A DNA stretch of 64,000 nt from Blasia pusilla. Lineage: Eukaryota. Of this stretch, positions 27,251 through 41,870 are shown piece after piece. Within the stretch, counting starts at the first letter, position 1; every line of letters begins with the position of its first letter. Position numbers and translations under genes: made by a program. The notes under the pieces were generated by a model. It saw only the letters and a program-made list of their open reading frames with translations. It searched no databases and was not told the origin of the DNA. The DNA lies in contig CM114271.1 in assembly GCA_050084515.1 (NCBI GenBank), forward strand, positions 43,958,001 to 44,022,000, written 5' to 3'.

Positions 27251-27782
27251 TCCACTTTTGGTCTGTACTTCTTCCTAAGCTTTAGTCATGACTACACAGG
27301 CAAACACTAACCCCATCCAACAATATTTGGAAAATTTGCAACAATTTACTATATGAATATTTAGTATATATTGATCAGTAAAATATGTGCAAATTACACC
27401 AAATATTGTCCGTGAATGCTCCAATTACAAAACTTGGAACACTCACTATGAACAAGAAAGATCAACATGCTAACCTAGAAAATTTAGAAACTGATTATTT
27501 TGGTAAGATATCGTTCGGAATAGAGTTGGATTTCCACTTTGGAAAGTGGATCTTCATCCCTACAATAGGTCAAGAGCCAATGAGTTGACATGCAAGCATA
27601 GGTTATCATGGAGAGATCTTGGGAGAGGAAAGGGGGTATACCCAAGGAGAGAGAGCTTTGGATCGAGCTTATTCTCTCTTTCTTGAATCTCTTCGCATTA
27701 GCCAAGGAAACTATGGTCCTCCTTGCATGTGAGTAACCCAATCTCCTCATTAAGAGAGTGGGTTTGGTTTAAGATGCGAGAG

Positions 27783-28411
27783 ACTATACTCATTAAGTAG
27801 TGCCTGTCATAGCCTTGCGACCATAGTCCCGGCGCCTTGGTTGGATGGTGCTTGAGACTGGGATGGGTGTAGAGAGATAAGCAAGTGAAGAAGGTACCAT
27901 ATGAGAGGAGGGAGACACTCTCATATAGTGTGAGTGCTGACCAAACAACGTGTTTGTACGGAGCTTCCAAGTGTCAACCAAGAAACTCTTCACCACACCA
28001 TCTAATTTACCTGATTGGGATCCCCAATAGACATTATTTACCAATGCAGTAGCTTTGGGCAATGAACCAAGGCTATTGAATATGTTGAAAAATTAGGGTG
28101 TTACCAGCTTAGCAATATTAGCATATGCTCTTGCTCTGTGTGTTGTGAATTTTGTGCAGGAGACCAAGTAATGACTAGAGGTTTCGTCCCCATCGTCACA
28201 CAAGGCGCAAGAGTTTAGTTGTGTTCCCATCGTACTTCTCTTATGGTTCAAGGGGATTGCCCCAGGTTTGAACTTGAACTTGAGCCGGGTTCCCAAGCAA
28301 GGGGTTCCCCGCAAATAGTTCTTCAATTCTGCCTTCTCGGGATATACCGTCAAAAGAGAGAGGTTATAAATTTTCTTGGCTTCCTCCATGATGTTCTGCT
28401 GTGAGCGTTTG
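27783..28411 (-). mobile_element. 5'-truncated copy of the LINE at 58159-62566
   Basis: Reverse complement closely matches 61945-62566 (LKFKF.TGAIPLNHKR, CALC...HYLVSC, 3' end CTTAATGAGTAYAGT). Flanked by (GA)n at 28412-28432 and GAGAG at 27778-27782. Confidence 0.95.
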
Positions 28412-29101
28412 GAGAGAGAGAGAGAGAGAGAGGTGGAGTTTGTGTTCATATGGTGAGATATTTTGAGTGCTTGTGATTTACAAAAAAAGAACGAGAGATT
28501 GAGAGCTCTACTTTAATGCATGAGTTTTTTGGTGTCTCATTGTTATTGCAAGTTGGGGGCCTTATTTCTTGTTGAGCGTCTGATGGGAGTGCTCACGGGA
28601 GCAAGAGTCGATGATTTTATTTTGAGCTAGCGTTGTTTAATTTTTTTCACAAGAGAGTGGTGCACGGAAGCGCTACCAAATTTTTTTTTATAGAAATTGA
28701 GTATGGAGTTGGGTTCTCCATATCGATGCTCTCAACAGCACCTTGTAGCTTGCTGGATTTATGTTGCATAGGTTTGCAAATTTTGTGGAAGAAATCAATA
28801 CATAAGTGTTGTCAATTTTTCTATGGATTTTTTCACAACGGATTGCACGTACGCCAATCATCGTCAGTTTGAGATGAAGGAGCTAATTTATTGATGTTGT
28901 AGATTAAGAAGTCATGCATTATGTTAAAGAAATGATGTGCAATTTTGACATCTGACCTCAAAGTTCTACTCATTCCTGTGAGGCTGTCGTAGCCAACACT
29001 TGAAGGTAGAAATTTTGAAATCTTGTAACTCCCTTTTTTTGGGGTTAGAAAAATAAAAATCATTTTATTTTAGTGTATAGGACAAAGAGAAAGAGAGAAT
29101 G

Positions 29102-29244
<143 letters not shown>

Positions 29245-32200
29245 CACGGTGACCTATGCTCACAGGTCACCTCCTTGGCTCTTGACCTGCTGTAGCGAGT
29301 CAAGGGCCACCTCTCAAAGTGGAAAGTCAACTATACAAAATGGTAACTTGGCCGAAGTAGCAGGTTTTTCAATATGGCTCCAAATGAACCGAAACGAATG
29401 GGAAACCTACTCTCACAGGTTACCCGTGGCCTCAGCAGGTCATCCTTGACCTCCTGAGGCTTTCCTCTAGTATCTTTGAAGGCGCTCTACTAGATCTTGT
29501 CTATCTATCTTAATAGACGTGATATCCTCGCTGTTTCGTATGATTTCTGAAATCTATTGCATGGTTGTCTCCGGGTGCCTTTTAAGAGACAATGGACATA
29601 AGTGTGAGCACAATTCAATTGACCATAACCGAGAATTGAATACAAGGTCAAAGAATCACGATAATCTGCTATAGAGCAAGGTCGTTTGGGCTCCCTTGTC
29701 TTGTTGGTAACCAATTGGGTAGGCTACGAAACAATGGCAAGAATGACAAGCATACAATAGAGATAGAAAAGGAAAGAAAAAAAATTATGGCAGTTGCAAA
29801 CGAAAGAGATAGTCTTAGGGGCCCAAGAGCTCCACCCGACGATAGTGTTCACGGCACTAGCAGTGCCCACAGGGACCGATAATCGAGAGACTTAAGTGTG
29901 GTGCACTTTGGGGAATCATGTCAAGTTCCAAGCAGTTTGTTGCCATTGTGTATTGTGGCACGCACTATGAGTACTGAGATCAATATTCTTACTTGTCATG
30001 AAGAAATTGCCAAAAATCAGACAGCAATAAAAGTGACGAAGGCATTTTGCTACAAGTACAGATGTGGTGTTTGGGAAGAAATGTTTATAGGGCACTATTA
30101 AGTAAGCAACACAATTAAGGCAAAATTTTGATTGCTCTAAATTTCATATCTGTGAACACAGATGTCGAATCTTTCGTTCGCTGTCTGTGAGTTGCTTTTT
30201 TCTGGAGTGTGCAAGCAATTAGTCGATAGGTGCCGCCACATAATGTCCCCAATTATGTGAAATAAGTGAAATTACAAAATGGTAGAAACAAAAATCTAGA
30301 GCCACAATAGAAGGTAAGATCGTCGTGTTGTTGGAAGCATGCAAGTTGTGAGCTAAGCTTTAGAAAACACATAGTGCAACAGGATTCTAAAAATATGAGA
30401 TAAACACTGCTGGGAAATGTAGGGGCAGAGGAAAGAAATATTTCCTCAATCGACCAAAAATAGGCCAGGTAATTTCATTCATTCATAGTTCATAGGCCAG
30501 CTACTTGAGCACCTCAAACACATCAATTGACACATCAAACAACATAGCCTACACATCGGAAGTCCAAGACAATCCGGAGTGGAAGAAACTCACACTATTG
30601 GAAGCATTCAACAATTGGAAGTCCGAGACAAAGTGAAGAAGAACCCCGCCACAAGGAAGCAGCTAGGTAGCACGCTCTTTCCTCAAGGAAAAAGCCAACA
30701 AAAGAGGTAACCCTATGGACGCACCCTTTTAGTAACGTATCGACATCACTACCCACCACTTGGCAAGGTCCCACGACCCTAAATATCACCCCCAAAAAAT
30801 GTATTGCGCATTCCTAAGGGCTTGATTCCATGTGCGCAGGGTCGCGACACCATAGAGTGTCTCCGATTTTTCTGCACCCAAAACTTTTGGGCGCGGAGTT
30901 GGCCCAGGGTCCTCGCGACCCATTTTACGGAAATCCGTTAGTAAGTAGTTGAGACCAGTGTTTTTATCCTCATGAACTCGTTGGATAACTTTTTTCGAAA
31001 TCGAGAAAATGGGTCATCGCTACCTCTGCCCTTGCCCATGGAATCGACCAAGATCAAGGGATTTTTTTCGCGGGAACGGGTACATTGCCGGTGATTCGTA
31101 GTCCGGATCGGTAAAATCAGATTTCCGACGGTTTTTCAAGCCCGCATGGGTTTTTGCGAAGAGTTTCAAATGAATTGGATTTTTTTGTCTTAACCGGCTA
31201 TGATTACTCATACCCCGATATCTCCCCCATCATTGGAATCGCCCGGGTCAAAGCAATCTTATTGTTCTAGTGCCAACACATATGCCCAACTACGATATCG
31301 ACACCCTGCCCTCCCTCTTCCTTTGTGTACTTAGACTATTTGTGGCAACCATATTTAAAGGCAGAATTTCCGTTCTATAGTAGGGGTTTTCAAATAATTT
31401 TACAAAGGTTGAGATAGAGAGAGTGCACTACTCTCTCCTCTTGAGAATGTGGGCAGTTGCATAAAGAAGACCTGGGTCATAGGTCAAAGGATTCCTGCTT
31501 GGCTCCTGGTTTTCAAGTTTTGTGCGAGTGGGGAGGGATGATAAGTGGCTTGAGCTTGAGAAATTGGAAGAGTAGGATGGGACAGAAGGTCGTATGGTGA
31601 AGACACTCTCTCTATGGATCACATCCATAGAGAGCATCTCGAGCTTGAGAGAGAGAGGCATCGGGCGGTGAGAGAGTGGAGAGTGATTGGTGGATGTTTA
31701 AGAGATAAGTAGGTTTGATCTCTAACCGCTTAGCCTATAGGTTTAGGCAATCATTGATCTTTCAAGCACCATGGGTACTTTGTTCTACGACATCTTGAAT
31801 TTGATTGCTCACAAGCATTAAATATTTGGTGACAACTTTCAAAAAGCTACCTCAAACCTGCCCTTGCAGCCGAATTGCTAGAGAGTAAATCATACTCGGG
31901 AAGGGTGATAGCTTGCTTGTTCTAACATTTTCTGGATTACAAAGATTTGAGGACGAATTCACTTGCCCAGAGTGTAGTAGGAGGGCATTACAATCTATTG
32001 TTCGCACATTGTGATCTACATCACTTTTCTGTCAAATTTCAGCTAGAAGGTACCTGGCCCAATCGTTTAGAGAGTTCAAGAGTCGATCCAAGGGAGATAG
32101 TGAAAGTGAAGCACCTCATCTTATATGGACGTTCTTTGGATTGGAAAACTTAATAACGCTTGAGCACAAGACCGATCTGGGTTTGTTGATTAAGCTTGGG

Positions 32201-34539
32201 GAAGGGTATGGGAAGATTTGATTGCAGGGTTGTTGTTGCCTGCAAGATGTGAGTCACATAGTTTACATCCAAGTTGGAGAGCGTTTAGTAAAGATACATC
32301 TCTTGGAGGATTATATATATGGGCAGGGATAAATGTCAAACAGGAGAGATAATATTCACAATGACTTACTTTACAATATTTCTGTGCATTTTGGACAGAA
32401 ATGAAGTTTTATATATACACGAATTCAACCACCGTTGATCTCTGATACAGACATATCTATATGTGGTTCTGCACAACTCTGGCTTTCTTCCCATTCTCTT
32501 GACGTGGCAGTGCTATTTTCACGGCGCTCCTGGTTGGAAACCAATCTATTGGGGTTAGATGCAAAAGATAACAGAGTTAGCATGCGATAGCGAACAATTA
32601 CTAAGCCTTGGCAACTCCTTTCTCTACATCTGTACTTTAACATGGTATAGAGGTCGATCCGTCAAATTTTTAATCCTACTGTGGCCTCACATGTTCCCCA
32701 AGATTGTTCCTTGGGGACAGCAGACGTCTCGCCAACTCTGTAGGCGTTTCTGAAGCCAAGAGGACCCGGAGAGAATCCCGGATCTGATGGATGATATGAA
32801 GGATCCAATCCTTCATTTGGTACATGGTTGGAGAGCCAATCCTCACTACTTTCTTCTACTGCTTTGCAATAGTGGCGGATACATCACCGCTGATCACTCT
32901 CTCCTTTGACGCGCCATGTGAAAGTGGAGCGTTACTCATTTGTTAAGGGGTTATTCAGGTTCAGTGGACGCAACCGTTGCCACGAAGAATTCTAGAGAGG
33001 ATGATACATGCGGTCGTTGCTTCTGGGCTTTGTTGAATTTCTCTTGACAATTGTTCCCATGTAGCATGACATAGAGCTATATTGGAAGGTTGGAACTTGA
33101 ATCCCGTCATCTTCCTCTTCCAAGGATTAGTACTTGCTTGGATTTTTTCAGGTGCATTCCCTTGTGCTGACTTATTTGGTGTTGTCAAGAAAGCCATAGC
33201 ATACATGTACCTACACTTGGATTTCAAACCTACAATGGCACACTCAAACACTTAGGATCGGGTTGCAAGTACTGAGGGAGTAGTATGAAGCAGTGTAGAT
33301 GAACATTTCTTACCTATTACTAGTGGATGGAAAATTTTCAGTTTCTATACCTTGCAGAAACCATCGATCAAGAATTCACTAATTATGCAAGTACACATTG
33401 GAAAAAGTGATATACATCGAAGTTAAGCTCTATACAGAAAATCAAATATGCACTTGCATCTCAGGGAGTTGCTCGCAGACCTAAGTAACTGAATGCAAGC
33501 CTCGTAAAAGCATCTCATACACAGCGGGCGCCGCTCCGAAGTTGTGTACACAAAACCTATAAGAATGAGGTAACGAAGATCCTCGTGAATAAGTATTACC
33601 AAAAATGGGGCCTCCGACTTGAAGCAAAACTCATCTACACAACAAGAAAGGATTCCGCCTAAGGTTTGACCCAAAAATCACGTTGAAAATTCCCTGTAGC
33701 TGTCAAATGGTCTCACAGAAGAAATGGTGTGGAAATAGTCACGATTGTCAAAAGATTTGACACATCCATAGCAACGTCAAGTCAAGCAACGACCAGGATA
33801 CAACAGGTATAAGTTCTTCGCCACTTCCAGTACGAATCACCACTTCCAGTTCTACCTCGTTCTCTTCTTCTCCCAAATGGATCACCTGTTAAGTTGTCAG
33901 CGTTCCATCGATGATGAAAGCTCGAAACTCTCGTGCTCTGTTATCTAGCAATCAGGGTGGTAACGGAGCTCCCCTCTGCCCTTTCTCTCTTGATTGTGTG
34001 TAGCGAGGTAGCACACGAAGTATTCCATCCTACCCCAACCAAAATTTTGAGTCCCATCTATTTCACCTTCGACTCAATCTGCCTCCACTCGGAAGTAATG
34101 TATATCGTTTCTGAACTAATCCTGGGTGGCAATTTTGCATGACTTTCCCTGTTGCACTGACTAACTTTCTTCAAAACTACCTATTCGCTCAGAATGCACA
34201 CGATGCTTATCGCAAACTCTCCTCGCCGAAGTGAATCGACAACTGAAGGAGTCACCTGCCTTTGCCACTGCTTGCCAGTGCTTGAATTAGTTAATGTGTC
34301 GTCGCGCGCGCAGCGTCTGACCATGGTGTACTTGCCTTGAGGTCTTAATTCTTTTGTATTTTGAGTACTTATTATATTCTTCAGTTTTTCTTCCTTACAA
34401 AATTGTATTATTATTATTGGACTATAATACTTTTTTATTTGTAAGAAAAAGTTTTTTTTGACATGTGGCAACTAGAAACAAATTTTTTTTCTAATGGGCA
34501 GCAAGAAAAATATTTTGTATTTAATTTGATTAATCCTTT

Positions 34540-35045
34540 CACTCCGTGCATGACATGGGTGGGTTGCCCACTAGTTTATAATATTATAGGAGAGTATTTT
34601 TGACGCATGATAATTGGGAAAAAAATATTTTCCCATATTACAAGCAATAAAAATCAGTATGCGACCCCAAATTGAGTTTTATAACGGTATTCGGATGTTT
34701 GGGAAACAAGAAAACAATCCAAGTAACACGGCGAGAGGAGTTTGGAGGTTTGGAGAATACGGCAGTCGGCAATAGGGAGAACACTGCTAGTTTAAGTAAC
34801 ATGGCTAGTCTATTCTATTTCGTATTAATGAGACAATAACACGATGGACACTAACAAGGTCGAGTTCACATCCATCCAATCGTTAGAAAAATCATATCCG
34901 ATGGTTGAGAACCCTACAAAATAACTTGCATTTTGTAAGCTTTGCACACGGAGTTGACTATTGTAGGGGCCGTAAATAACTAGAATTTTTTCATAGCTTG
35001 GTTAGTCTTTCACTCCCATGCATGACTCAAGTTGTACATTAGTAC
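34540..35045 (+). mobile_element. Possible non-autonomous Helitron termini
   Basis: CCGTGCATGACATGGG hairpin then CTAG|T at 34571-34575. An AT-rich start-like sequence follows (TTTATAATATTATAGGAGAG), and a decayed second copy of the end motif lies at about 35008-35043. Confidence 0.35.
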
Positions 35046-35590
35046 TCTATTCATTTCTATTTCTACCCTAACCCAAAGTGGATCATATCTCCCTGGTTCA
35101 AAATTCTCTTCAATGTCACCTTCCCTTTCATACTGAAATTTTAAATGCGGTCTTTTCAATTTTTAAAATTTCCCTCTCTTATCCAAAATCTTACATATCG
35201 AAAGTGGTAAGAAAATCATGCTATAAATTTTTTGGGAAAATATAACTTGAATAATTTTTAAATTCCTAGAGAAATTTCACATTAATGATTGTGAAAGAAA
35301 ATGGTTTATTGGGTTCATGAAGAGTTTAAAATTCCAGACCCCTAATGTTAATAAAAGTAGGGATCATGGTTTAATGTCCTTTGTAAGAAAAATAAACCTA
35401 TTTAAAAAAATCTATAAGAAAAATTCAAGAGGAATCTATAATTTTTGACATGAAAAAAAGATAAAAGGTGCATACATTAAGTTTTTCATTAGGACAATGC
35501 ATAGAGTACAACTATATTAGAAACTTTCAATAAAATAATTCTATTTTTTTCTAATTTAAATGGAAAAATAAGTTGAAGACTGAAAGGAAG

Positions 35591-36013
35591 AGATAAGACA
35601 TGTGTCAAGAAAGGAATCTCTATGATCCCAAAGTCTACCTTTTGTTAATAATATGGATGGAAATCTTAGTAGGGCATCTCCATCTCATTATACATCTACA
35701 AAGTGGGATTTATTTTTGAGCCCTCCCCAAATAAGTTGGAGATCAAATATAATTCTAAAGGAATTTCATTTCTAAAAATTCTAAAATTTAGATTCTAATT
35801 TTTTTATAAAGTACATAGGAAAATGTGTTGAAATTTTAATAATGAAAGGAATTGATAAGACATCCGCCATGAAAGGACTCTTTATGCCAAATTCCACCTT
35901 ATGTTGATAATATAGATGGAAATATTATAAGGGCATTTCCATCTCATTATACCATTGCAAAGCAGCATTTATATTTGAGCTCTTTCGAAATACGGTGAAG
36001 ATCAAATATAATT
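35591..36013. repeat. Diverged ~160-bp direct repeat (35591-35753 / 35854-36013)
   Basis: Shared GATAAGACAT...GATGGAAAT...AGGGCAT.TCCATCTCATTATA...GATCAAATATAATT. Confidence 0.7.
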
Positions 36014-38271
36014 TGAATTGACCTTTGAAAATACATGGAATTACAAAGGTTTGGTAAATTTATGTTCATTACAAATAATAATTGACTCGTGTATATAATT
36101 CATAAGGATCCTTTGCATATACAAAGTAAAAACCTTCAAGAACATGTGTTTTGAATAGATCATGTCACAACTCATAAGATATTTCTATTGGACATAGGGT
36201 TGAAATTAAAAAAAGCATGCACTATATTCCCCTCTTATATATAGTGAGAATGCACTTCACTTTTTTGAAAAGAAATTTTCCAACTTCCAAAGAAGCTGAA
36301 AAAAATTGTGTAAGGCGCCTTCTAGGTGGAGATGCACTTATGTCACTCGAAAAAATACTCGGTTTTATGACTATGTTTAATGAATCATATAACTTACTTC
36401 ATGATTAAGAATGACCAATTTCTATTTTACTCACAAAAACTAAGTCACTAATACCTTATTGAGTAGCATGACTATCTTGGATTTTTTATGTAGAAGGGTC
36501 TACAACACAATTATTTTGGCATGATTGCCATGCCACACATATTAGGTGTCAAAATGACATATGGACATGAGGATGAATATTGATATGGTATGTACTATTA
36601 GGAACAAATTAGTTAGTCTTATCATTATTTATTGTGACATATCATCACAAGACAACTAGGTTAGTGGTTAATATAATAAATGATCAAACACGAGGAAAAT
36701 TTCTAAAACAATTGAATCATTAGATGACAAGTATACAAACATCATATGTCAATTTTCCAAATATGACTGTACCAGTCATTTTTATCATTTAAGTAATAAA
36801 TCTAGCCAATGATTCAAAATGACTTTGAGAGTTTGGATATAACAGCTACAAATAACTAGGAGGGTTCTCTTGCGATTACTTTAGATGACTATTTGAGTTG
36901 GATGATGTTTGAAGGTTATTTTCAAAAAACCTTCAAACTCTTTGGGTGGAGCTTCATGAAGCGACACATTGAATAGACTAAAGACTTTCAGGAAAAGTAC
37001 CACAGGATCTTCAAGGAAGACTATGCCTATCTCTTGGTTCTAGATAATTCACTATTGGAAGCAAAGTTGACAAGAAAGTACTTGTGATCATAGCAACCAA
37101 GAGGGGAGGGGACGAAGTCATAGATTTGAGTTGTGGTGGAGAAACTATTCAGAGAGAATCAATGAAGGGTCTCCTCTCAAAGAAGGAGATTAAGATACTA
37201 TCTTTTGAACATAATATTGACCAACAAGACCGTAAGAATATCACTACAGTCGAGCGGATAAGGGCATATCACTAGGAGTTCTCAGAGATCTAGAATAGAG
37301 AGATTAAGTTTCCACAATTGCATGACGAATTTTGAAGGGAATGTCGTCTTCTTAATTGGTTTCTTGGGTACATGAAAAGTGAATAGAAGTAAGATCCCCT
37401 CTTCTAGTTGGCATTCAAAATTGGGTAGGTTTGGATTTGTAAGACAAGATTTTCACACTTTATATGAAGTGTGAGATTTTGGCCTGAAGAAGACGACACA
37501 CACACATTGGTGAAGGGAAAGTCAAAGAAGACAACAACCAAGGGAGGAAAGGTAAGGAAAAGTAGATCAAACACGTAAATGAAATGAAGATCAATGATTG
37601 GAGAGGAATTCAAATTTATCAAGGATTAGAAAATGGTTGTCAAAATTCTCAAGAAAGGGGTGAATAAGAAGATCAACATTCAGTAGAGATGTTTGGATGC
37701 AGAGAAGCTAAAATATTTGATGATGATCCCAAACCTTCTTTTGAAGATTGTGAACTTTGGAGATTTGCAAGGAGCACTTTCCAAAGAAGAAAAAAAGTGT
37801 AAGGCATGGAGGAATACATGGCGGGCATGGGTTGAGAGGGGTGTGAGAAGGCCAAGCAAAGAGGGGGATGCAAAATGGGGGAGGGCAAAGCGGGTTTAGG
37901 TGGAGAATGGGGAGGGGGCACGTGAGGAGGGCAAAGGGGGGATGGAGAGGTTAGGACGGTTGTAGCAGGAGATAAGTTTGGCGGAAAAGGAAATGTGTGA
38001 AGAAGTTAGGATAGTTGGAAAGGGGTCGGTGAAGAGATCAGAGATTAGGACTATGAAAAAAAAAAGTTAATACATGCTTATTAGTCAAATTGGTTTGATG
38101 AGTATAAGTAATTGGAAGTGGAAGAGAGAAATAAGGAAAATCTTATTTTCCATCTTCCATCGTGTCTTAAACTTGCTCATAATCTTGCTTCTTTGTCTGT
38201 CACGCACTAGTTCTTTGTCTAATCTAATTTCTCCATAGATAGTTCAACTTGGTAAGAGATAATGTGTTTTG

Positions 38272-38734
38272 TGTCACATCTGAGTAGCCGATAGGCCGAG
38301 ATCTATCGTGGATACGACATAGGAGCCAACGAACTGTCTTGAGTGTAACTTTGTCCGGAGGTGTCAGATGAGGTTGAGGATAGGTCCGTTGTGTCAGAAA
38401 CATTGTTTTTGACAATTTTCTTGTTGAGGTCTTTCACAGCCGGGTGACTTGTTGAGCAAGTCACCCACCCCTCGTAACTTGTGCGCGCAAGTTACCAGGA
38501 GGATAACTCTTTTTAGGGGAAGAGCCTTTTTGGCTCTTCCCAACCCTATATAAGGGAGGAAGATGGCTTTCCCAAGCCATCTTTCTCATGTTGGGCCGTT
38601 GGAGCATCTCTCTTGTTGTTTGTGAGATAGGACGAGGGTGCTAGCCTATGGATTTCCTAAGAGCACAAGATGGATTGGACTTAATATGCCCATGTAGATT
38701 GAGGAGTGGAGTTTTAGGCCGGGTATGCCATTTT
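38272..38734 (+). repeat. LTR segment A, 5' copy (direct repeat of 46396-46857); contains a TATA box at 38546-38553
   Basis: TGTCACATCTGAGTAGCCGATAGGCCGAGATCTATCGTGGATA... is collinear with 46396-46857. Confidence 0.9.
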
Positions 38735-41700
38735 AATCTGATATTTACATGAGAAAGATGTCATGGGGCATGTGGGAATTCGTTGTTTGCAGGTAGGCAA
38801 GCAAGTTGCCTCGATTGGGAGCCCCTGGAGACGCCGGTTGGCATTTTGTTGACTTTTTTTTTTGTTAGGATGGTTGTGAGTAGAACAACTGTCCGTCTTT
38901 CATAGATTTTGTTGGTGTAGATTGTCGAGAGAGAGCAACAGAGTGTAGCGAGAACAACGCTCGGGTGTAGTGTGGAGAGTGTTATCGACGAGAGACACAT
39001 GAGTGTCGAGAAGGAGAGGAGCAGCTTTGAGAATTGCAGCAGTCGGGAGAGGAGCTAGGGTGTAGCCGCCTAAGGTAGCTACCTTGACTTCCATTTGTGG
39101 TTGGATCGTCATCACTAGATAGTGGATCTGGTGACGAGATCACAGACGGAGGTAGTATCACTTGGCAGGAGATGGACGACATTGGCCATCAAGGCATGCG
39201 TCGTTTCTCGAGTGCAGTGGGCACCATCAACTTAGATGAATTCATCCAAGAGTTCGACATGTGGTGCGATTTCCAAGAGATACGGACCCCGACACGGTTC
39301 AACCCTTTCATGGCATGTAAGGGGTTGTTCCAGCACTTGGAATATCTATCGATGGATGATTAAATGGAGTTATGATCTTATACTCCGTAGAGATCAATGC
39401 CTAGAGGATGTATTGGGCCCCAGGTTATGTGTCCACTAGTGATCGCGAGGCATATGATGGGATTGTGAGAGGAGAGAGACCCACACAATGAGCCCCGAGT
39501 ATAGATGGAAAGGAGGGCACTGAATTAGGTGAGATGGCAGAGACCTCTAGTGGTAGAGGGCCACCAAGTTCCAATCCTACAATGGAGTTCTTTCGACAAT
39601 TGGGGAGGAGCTACAAGCTGAAGAGTCTATAGGATTTTGAGCGACGATCGGGTGAGAGTCTACGAGAGGCGTTCACACGCATAAGGAGGCTGATCATTGC
39701 TTCTTATGGAGTGATTGAGGCGCATTCAATCTAGTATTGGTACGGGGTTCTGGATTGAGAACTACGGAGGAGAGTCCGTGATGCAATGTTGCTTCATACG
39801 GCGAAGCCCACACTAAAGGTGGTCTTTGAGTTGTTTGAGCGTATTGAGCTCAACATGAGTGAGAAGCAAGTGGTGATCACTAGATTTTCTCGGGATTTTG
39901 ACGGGTTCACAGGTTACAGGAACCCCATAGGTGCCACAGCGAGCACCAGTACTACGAGAGCGGATGAGTGTGCCTAGAGAGCAGGGTGGGTACCGTGAGC
40001 CTATGAGGCAACAACCCATGCCTAAATATGTTGCCCAATAGTTACCGATGTTGTCTTGTTGGACGTATGGAAGGGTACATAGGCAGAGAGACTCCCCATA
40101 TTATGGGAGAGGACCACAAGCGCCTCTGATTGCTAAGGAGCCACAGAGGATGGCCCCACCATAGTACCAGTGTGACTATTGCCACAGATATGGTCACACT
40201 AGGGATAGATTTTTTGACCTTCGTCGAGAGGCACGTCCAGAGGTAGGGTGAGGGCATGGGGGGGTTATTCGGGAGGAGGCCGAAGAGTTATTGCTGGACG
40301 TGGTGGTGGAGGACCACCGACTCCTAGAGGAGATGGAGTAGGAGTACTAGAGACGGTGCTTCTCTCGTGCATCAATCAGTTGGAGTAGAGGATTGTTGCC
40401 ATGACGATGATGCAACGCAAGGAAGGAAGGGAGCCTAGAGTAGGTAGTGTGGCTCCAACTTCCATCTCTTACCCTGACTTGGGTGAGGATCTTGCTAGTA
40501 TGGGTTTTATGTGTAGTGCGGCTCAGGTTGAGGTTGTTGCGGTGATAACTCGAGGTGATGTGAGAGGCACTAAGCCATCGAGAGGTGGAGTTGAGATTGA
40601 CCCACTAGAGAGGACCAATGGGCGGCAGGTCAGGGTTCCTCAGTCGTTCACATTGTTAGAGGCACTACACACACCATCGATGGTGCCTCGACGACTAGTG
40701 GTGCCTACAGGTCAGGCAGGTGCGTCGACATCACGAGGAGTTGGAGTGGTAGCTCTTATGCCGACTCGAGTGGATTTAGTGTCGACCACACTGGTGGAGA
40801 TGGCCACCAGGGTGAGCGAGGCTCCATTATTTTCCGCCATAGAGTTAGTGATGTTGGGAGTTGGACCAACTGAGGTGTTCCGGCTGGCCGCCACATTGTG
40901 TGAGCTTGGAGAGGTGACAACCTCTCGTTCAAAGGTAGTTGAGGAGGTGGTGGACTTGCTCTTGTAGCAAGTGCTTGGGATGTTCCCTAATGAGTCATGG
41001 CATACGGCGGCGACAAAGTTGGTACATATGCCAGTTTGACCGGCCATAGAGTAGGCCATGGTGACACCAGGCGTGGTGTTATTCGATAACCGAGTTGAAG
41101 CATTTTTCTTGGTTAGTCCGACAGGGACAGTGTACCACCCGGAGCGCATCCTACTTGATTCGAGAGTGCAACCCTTGATGTTAAGGAAGGCGGCGTCTTT
41201 AGCTTTGGGGTAACGGAAGGCCGACATTGAGCCTTGTCCTTCCAGATACAGACCTCGATTGGGGACGTGTCACCCATGCAGTATATGACTCGACAAGAGA
41301 TAGCTGTGAGAGTCCAGCGAGCATGCAAAGGATAGCTATGGTACGCACACGTGCGATCACGACACCAACTGAGTTGTACGATATGTTGGTGGGGACTTTA
41401 GTGTTATGTCCTCTAGGATTCATCCTTGACTTCTAGGAGGAGACCGTTGCTTATCAGCAAGGTGATGGTCACATGACAGGCGGATGAGTCAGTTACCCGT
41501 GTAGTTTGCGAGACAAGATGGTCGACCACGAGATGAGTCTATGACCACGATGGCAACTTTCACAGGTAGTGTTTCTTGGCCAGGAGAATTGTTGGAGGGG
41601 AACGCACATGCAAAGGATGTCTCAATAGCGGATAGTCCCACGGAGAGACATGCCATGGCGGGTGTCTCTTCCCATGTTGGCGAGATCTCTTCACCATTGT

Positions 41701-41870
41701 GGGGTACGACTCGAGAGCTACAGAGAAGTGCGGACAACCTTGTGAGGCAGGCGTGGAGTCGTGCTTTTATCCCGGAGCATAGAGAATTAAGTGACAATTG
41801 AGCTCCCGGAGTTGAGACATTGACACCATTGGATACCACGCCCATTGTGTGGCAGTGTCTAGAGGAGGGT

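Noticed and set aside
29450-34300. Possible genes or TE ORFs in this interval
   Set aside because: Only short ORFs with no identifiable motifs; probably decayed repeats, but I cannot assign them
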